From contig BAAIJX010000023.1 of the NCBI GenBank assembly GCA_054600435.1, forward strand, positions 124,001 to 188,000: 64,000 bases of DNA, read 5' to 3'. Source of the DNA: Neophaeotheca triangularis (lineage: Eukaryota). The notes under the pieces were generated by a model. It had not been told where the DNA came from and made no database searches. It saw only the letters and a program-made list of their open reading frames with translations. Below are positions 57,701 through 64,000 of this stretch, piece by piece; position 1 is the first letter of the stretch; each line of letters starts with the position of its first letter. A program made the translations under genes and the position numbers.

Positions 57701-58913
57701 AGGCTGGTACACTTGCGTGCGTCGATTCGGTCGTGCGCGCTCCAGCGAGCTCACATTCTATCGCGTGGAGTTCATCAATGTAAGCCCTCAGGTTCTCGTT
57801 TCCGTCCAAATTGAGGCTTGCATCAATGTCGCATCTGACTGTGATGTTGCAACAGGACAATCTGACGGTCTCGGTGCGTTGCGCAATCTCAGGCAAAGAG
57901 ACGCGAGAGTGCTCGTCATCGTCGGAAGCCTCATCTTCATCGAGACCCTCGCCATCCTCACCCTCATCTTCCCCAGTATCCTCATTCTTGCTAGAACCCT
58001 CATTCTCGCCGGAGCGCTCGCCATCACCCAAACCCTCATTCTCCTTCTCGGCGAAGGCTTCACGAATGCGCTTGATCCCCCCAAGGCGCTTGCCAAAGGC
58101 CTCGCTCTCGCCAGAAGCCTTCCGCTTGAGATCAGCTCTACCCTCGCCAGGACCCAATGCCTCCTCCACGTCTCAAGTCAGTAAGTCTCTAGCCAAGTCT
58201 CTCGAGGGGGCGACGGACCTATTCCACCGGGCCAGGTTTGGGTCACAGGCAATCACGTATCCCTCTTTTTTTGTCCATATCGACTATCGTGCACTTGAGT
58301 CTGAGCAGGTTGAGGAATTCAAGAAGTTTTTGGACTCCTTCGACAAGAGTCTCGTCAAGGCAACCACCAGTAGGATGGTAGCTGAGTAAGTTTACTCCTG
58401 ATCTTTCGACCTGTAGGTGAGCATGGCTTATTGTGATACAGCGACGCCGAAAAGGAGAGAAAGGAACATGAGAAACAAGAAGGACAGAGAGCAGCGTAAG
58501 TACAATTTCTCCTTTGCACTCAAGGGGCCGAAGATAGTTGACATTACTACAGCGCCACTGCGCAGGAAGACGAGCCAATTACCAAAGGACTCGATACAAA
58601 CGATGAAACTTCTGATTCTAGCAGCGCGGAGTCGGGCCCTGAAGAAGATTTAAGTGGATTTGATTGGGAGACAGGGGCGATCGATGATACCGGGGAGGAT
58701 ACGCTCCCAAGTAAGAAGGGCGAGAAGGGGTTTTCTTTTACTAGCGAGTCTCGTAAGGAGAAGGCCTGGGGAATGTGGAATTTCATAGGTAGCCTACTTT
58801 CAAGGATCACATCCAACAGCACACAATGCAGATGCTTGAATGCCTGCAATTTCGATTCTCAACGCCTTGACGCCGTGTCTCAGCGCTGCAGTATGGTACA
58901 GGATAGCAGCTAA
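57701..58913 (+). CDS. Multi-exon hypothetical protein, Ser/Pro-rich then acidic (5' end unresolved, upstream of 57701)
   Basis: Three phase-compatible canonical introns (57780-57855, 58385-58441, 58496-58552) join exons into one ORF ending TAA at 58913; no family recognised. Confidence 0.45.
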
Positions 58914-59000
58914 CTGCTCGATTAACAAACGATCTGATATCGTAGTTTCGATCATCACCTCGAAGCCGCATCCGCCACCTCGACAAACGTGTGTACCGCT

Positions 59001-59826
59001 CTAGTACCCAGTAGCCCCAGGCGCCTTCTCATCCTTCCTCAAGCTGACCAACAACTCCCTCATCTTCCCCTTCCCACTGGCCGCCGACCCACCACTCGCG
59101 CCCTTGCCGCTCAAATCCACCAACTTTGCGATCCTCTCCCAGCTGGTGCCGCCAGCCGTAGTGTCCTCCCTCTTCTGCAAGAACTCCTCCGCCTCCTTCC
59201 TCGTCTGCGCAATCGTCTTGTCCTTGCGGTTGTTATAATTCTCGTAGAATTCGTCGATGGACTCTTGCGCAGCCTTAACGGTCTCGGCCTTGCGGTTCGC
59301 AGACACCTCGTCACGGTGCTGAATCTGCATGTCTCTACGCTCGCGCCATTCGCGGAGGACCTCAGGCTCGCCCTCGTCGTCTTGGGGCGCGGTAGAAGGA
59401 GCGCGGTATGGGAGTGTGGAGCCGGTGATTGTGCCGCCGGGCGCGACGCCCTCGTTGCCGGTGTCGACGGCCGGGAAAGAGGATTCGAAGTCGCCCATAT
59501 CGTTGCCGCCGCCCATCATCATGTCATTGTCGCCGTTGGTGGGCATGGAGTCACCGCCGCCGCCACCGCCAAGGAGGTCATCATCGCCGGTGTCTTCTTC
59601 TACTGTTGCGGCGTTGTCGGCTGGCGTGGAGAACTGCTCGGCATCTTCTCCCAGGGCTGCGCGTTCACGGGCGAGGAAGTCGGAGGGTTCTTCGGAGCTG
59701 TCTGCTGCCGGCGCGCCCTTGGTTTCGGTCTGGCCTTTTTTCATGTCAACAGATGTCCGCATTGTTGTTAACGGAGGCGAGCCTACCAGCATCGAAGTCA
59801 TCCAAAGAAGGGAACCTGTCTGCCAT
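59001..59826 (-). CDS. CLC1: Clathrin light chain
   Basis: MADRFPSLDDFDAG, intron 59735-59786, DFLARERAALG, FESSFP, EPEVLREWRE, IDEFYENYN, GTSWERIAKLVD, MRELLVSLRKDEKAPGA. Confidence 0.95.
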
Positions 59827-60300
59827 AACTGCTGATGTCTCCTTTCCGCGTTGCGCTCTTGAGAAGGGTCGTGTGGAATTTGGTGAATGTCAGGTGGCAG
59901 GTGATATCTCTCCTGATATTGACGAGAGTAACTGTATCTCTGCGCAGATGTGATGAGGTTGTAGAGAGTGAAGTCGGACTCAATGGTAGCCCACGAGCAG
60001 CTGGAGTGTAGCTGGCCAACATTAAAGCACGGCCGTCACTGTCGGCCAATCAGCGTCCAGCGCGTGGAGCTATACAATTATCCGCGACTTTACCTTACAG
60101 CTTCATTCGCGTGTCCAACCTCACCTGTACTACCACTACGACTGCCAACTGTACACTCTCTTCCAGTAGCTGTATATACGTTTTGTCAAGTCGTGTACTG
60201 TATCGAAAAATCTTCTCCCTCCAGCGGCAACCGATCTGAACCGAAAACAGGGAATTAGAGCTACTTACGCGCAAGCTGGGCGCTGCAGCGAGCAAACAAC

Positions 60301-61752
60301 ATGGCCTATTCAGATGACGCCGTCAAAGCGAAGCTCTCAGCTCTCAATGAGTCTCAGGATAGCATTGTGACAGTCGCTCAGTGGATCATGTTCCATAGGC
60401 ACGTCGAACCCAAGAAGCCCTTATTGCTTTAGAGCACATTGCTAACCCCAGCTCACAGACGCCATGCCGACAAGACCGCCGCCCTCTGGCTCGATCGCCT
60501 CCGAGAGTCCAACACGCCGAAGCGCCTCAATCTTATCTACCTTGCGAACGAAGTGGTGCAGCAGTCTCGCGCGCGCTCGAAACAGGACTTTCTACTAGCG
60601 TTTGAGCCCCTGATCGCCGATGCGACTGCCATGGCATACAAAGGAGCCAGTCAAGAGGTTCAAGGAAAGCTCAGACGTGTCGTGGAGGTCTGGAGGCAGC
60701 GTACTATCTTCGATCTGAATATTCAAGCCAATACCGAGAAGCGTCTCGACGAGCTTGACAAGTCGCGGGGCGGTAAAGCCAATGGGGGAGGAAAGCTGGG
60801 TGGGAGTTTGTTCGGTGGTAGCGCTGGCTCAGTTCCACCGGAACTAGAAGGAATCTCCAAGAGTTTGACGGCTACGACAAAAGCGGAGACGTCCGCCATG
60901 CCTCTTCTGAACACCGCGAATACGGAGCACGCCAAGATGACCGACCCGAACACTCCTCTACCGACACCACCAGTTCACGCCGCGCGACTGAGTGCCCTGA
61001 TGAGAAATCTAGCATCAGCTCAAGGCGCCGTCGAAGCCAGTATCAAAGCGCGCGAAGAGCTAGTAGCAGGCCTCGAAACCCTCATCAACACCAACCGCAG
61101 CAAACTCACCGAAGAAAAAACCAACGCTACCGACCTCGCCATGCGCCGCGAAAACATCGAAAACCGTAAACGCGAAGTCGAAGACGGGATAATGCGCGGC
61201 CTCTCCAACCCTTCGACTCCGAACACGCCCAACTTCTCGCCACCCGGCCTAGCACCCCTGACCGACGATGCAGCACCTACAGCGCCCCCTGAACCCGACC
61301 GCCCCGACTTCGAACGCTTCACCCCACCACCTCCCGAAGTCGAATCCTTCACCCCACCGCACGACCCGCCAGCGCCAGCCAACGACTCCACCCACCCCTC
61401 TTTCATAGGCGACGCAGCCGCATCCGAAGCCCTCCTCTCCGCACCCACTGGCGCCGAACCTTTCAACCCCATCCCCCCATCCCACGAACAACCACCCCCA
61501 GAATTCCAACCGGCAAACCAAACTCCCACCGACGCCGCCGCGGCCGCCAAAAGTTTTCTCGAAACCCTCAATCTCCCGCCAGTCCCGTCAGTAGACCAGG
61601 GGGACCTACACGCGCCCCAGGATCCGCGCTTGAAGCGGAGGAAGTATTCGCATAAGTCGGGTAGGGACGACGAGGGGGAGGCGGAGCTTTTTGCCAACGG
61701 GGCAGGTGAGGGTATGGATGAGGAGGGCATTGCTGCTATGCTTGGGCAGTGA
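60301..61752 (+). CDS. RTT103: Rtt103 / RPRD family CTD-interacting domain protein
   Basis: MAYSDDAVKAKLSALNESQDSIVTVAQWIMFHR, GC-AG intron 60399-60458, RHAD..KRLNLIYLANEVVQQS..KLRRVVEVWRQR. Confidence 0.92.
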
Positions 61753-62289
61753 GGGGGGGGGGGAGCGAAATTCACAGTTCGAGGATGTGGAGGGCCTGCT
61801 AGGCAACACTTAGGCGGAAGAGGTGCGAGAGGCAGTTGCCTGTGTGCTGGCTCTTTGTCGGAAGAGGCCTTTTTTTTTTTTTTCGTATAATTTTACAGCT
61901 TGCAGATATACTAGAGTATTGATCAATGCTAGTATTAACTTTTCACACCGAATTGTGTTGGCTCTATTCGCCACACTTACTATGATGGGAGGCAAAATCA
62001 GTCGCGAGGATGCGTTTGTCTTACAATTGAAGCCAGTCTGTTTGTCAAGCTAGTCTATAATATATTACATGTAAGTTCGTGTCGTGGTAGAAAAAACTAC
62101 AGCTAAAGCTATTTTCCCGATTTCAGAAAGAAACAGTCGTTAAAAATCGTGCTTCAGGCGACCTTGCCTCTTGACAAGCAAGTCACACTCGAAGCGCCCA
62201 CGGTCTCAAGCAATCAACAGAGCCCGAAAGTCGAGCAAACCCTACTCATCACCGCCACCACCCACCACCACACATTCCCATCCCTTTCT

Positions 62290-63077
62290 TTACAACAAAA
62301 ACGCCGCCAACCCCAAAGCGCCGACGGCCGCAGCTCTTGCACCCCCCTCGACCCTCCCCGCCGCATCCGACTCACTCGCACTCGCGCTCGCCGCAGCCCC
62401 CGTAGCACTAACGCCCACAACCTCCGTGGCAGTCGCCAGCGCCGGCGCGGTAGGCCCCGTCTCCGGATCGGCACGCCTGACACCGTCACACTCCAGAATG
62501 CAGTCGCGCATGTCATCGTAAGCGTCATCGTCGGTCAAGTCGTCGGGGAAACCGGCTTGGGCGCACTCGCGGGCGCAATTGTAGGATTCGCATGGCAGGG
62601 ACTCTGGGGACCAGAAGGGGGCGCCGTCGAGGGCGCGTTCGTAGTCCGAGGGGGTTCCCGTGGTGTTGGTCAGTTGGAATTGAGGGGAGTAGGAGAGGTC
62701 CGCCGTTCCGGAGGAGCTGGAGGGGCCGATGGCGATGGAGTAGTAGTCTGCCGAGGGGCCGACCGAGGGGGGGATGCGGATTGTCAGGGGTGAGGAGAGG
62801 GTGGTGCCGTTCTCGAGGTAGCCTTGGAAATGGGGTTAGTGGGGGTTTGGCGGTGTGGCGGGTTGGGGTTGAGCTCACAAGTTGGGCCGTTCTCGCCGGT
62901 GATAGCTGCCGCGAGATAGACACGGTATTCTTGCGTGTCGGCGCCGGTGAAGGTGACATCGGTTGCCGAGCCGGCGGAGACGTTGGATGCGATTTCAATG
63001 TTGGTGATGTCTGCGGTGGCGTGGGCCGCGAACAAGGTGGCGAGCGCGGCGCTCTTGGTAAGGAATGAGGAGAGCAT
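62290..63077 (-). CDS. Secreted, probably GPI-anchored cell-surface protein
   Basis: Signal peptide MLSSFLTKSAALATLFAAHATA and intron 62823-62878. IPPSVGP..YY..YSPQFQL, Cys cluster LPCESYNCAREC..CILEC, Ala/Ser/Thr linker and hydrophobic C-terminus. Confidence 0.8.
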
Positions 63078-64000
63078 GGTTGCGTCTGGGTAGACTGTGG
63101 TAAAAGGTTGTTCGGAAAGTGGTAGTCTGTGGTATAGCGTGAGGGTATGAAGGAATGACGGTATCACGGCGGTTTCAAGAACGATAGGAAAGGATGGTGC
63201 GGAACTACAAACGTTCTGTATGTCTGCAGAAAAAACTTGAAGATGAATAATGTGAAGAGGTGAGGTCTGGCTCTGACCAAGGCATTGGGTCTCGATTGCC
63301 GACCTAGGAAGAAGAGTTTGCTGCCGTCTTTCCGCGCTGCTCGATTGGGACTGGAACTCTCCCACTTCCAATATTATTAATCAGCGCTGCCTCACCTAGC
63401 CCAGGTAGTAAGGGACCTCATGATCAGTGACGGACAGTAACCTTAGGTAAGGTACTGTAGGTAACTTATTCTCCTTTGTCTCCATCATTTGGAACCATCA
63501 GTATTCACAGTACCGTACCTAGTGTCGACTAGTCCATCTCCAAGAGCTTGATGAGCTTCGCCAAAGTCAATGATCGACGGCCCCAGGCTGTCATGTTTGA
63601 AGATCATGCAGAGACCCGCAACACCCACAACTATACATAATTTCCCCGACAGACTTCATCCTTGATCTTACAATTCTGCATCTGAGACCACTTTGGGAAG
63701 GCTACTTCCGTCGAATCAAGTAGACACAAGCCACCTTTTCTGACGCTGTCCACCCGCCCAAGGAGTGCTTGCTCGACGAACAACGGCGATACAACCTCGG
63801 ATGAGATAGCGTTGTCGTCTGGCCACCAACCGACCAAGGCCAATGTTCTTCTTCTGGTCTGCCCGGCTCGACACTATGCGGACACTGTTGGCATGTGCGG
63901 CAAAGTAGGCCCCGTTGCCTTCAAGCTTACCTTCAAAGCGGTGCTGAAGCTCGCTTAAAGTGTCAGCCCAAAGTACCAATGTACAACTATAGTGAGCTAT

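Noticed and set aside
57624..58169. 181-aa acidic minus-strand ORF
   Set aside because: GTG start with no supporting splice model; plus-strand introns explain the region better.
63590..64000. Two overlapping minus-strand ORF fragments at the window end
   Set aside because: No family recognised and truncated by the window edge; cannot be supported as a gene.
1..64000. tRNA, rRNA, CRISPR arrays, intact transposons or a Starship captain recombinase
   Set aside because: None recognised by eye; no tyrosine-recombinase or transposase ORF bounds the island. tRNAscan-SE/Infernal were not run.

Overview
Eukaryotic DNA from a filamentous ascomycete: short GT-AG introns with CTRAY branch points and RIP-like TpA-rich relics. 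A Dothideomycete origin is my inference. Positions 1-22.4 kb and 59-63 kb are compact housekeeping blocks (SUR7-like, YAE1, acuM/RDS2, IPK1, ECM15-like, SEC2, NYN-like/CCCH protein, TRS20, MRPL31, NmrA-like, DBP9; CLC1, RTT103, GPI-anchored protein). Between them is an accessory-looking region with a highly divergent, intronless, apparently slicer-dead Argonaute-like gene (22.8-26.0 kb), two head-to-head cupins and a PL1 pectate lyase. It also holds a ~22 kb island (32.2-54.4 kb) with four DUF6590-type paralogs whose motifs align by eye with MazF/PemK endoribonucleases (one fused to a C2H2 zinc-finger protein). The island further contains three paralogs of an unnamed coiled-coil protein, one HeLo-like/DUF7580-type gene, a RIP-decayed chromoviral Gypsy fragment and a local duplication. 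The island and the Argonaute-like gene are the best candidates for an undescribed system (toxin/partner, allorecognition or antiviral). All exon structures and family calls were made by eye without database searches.
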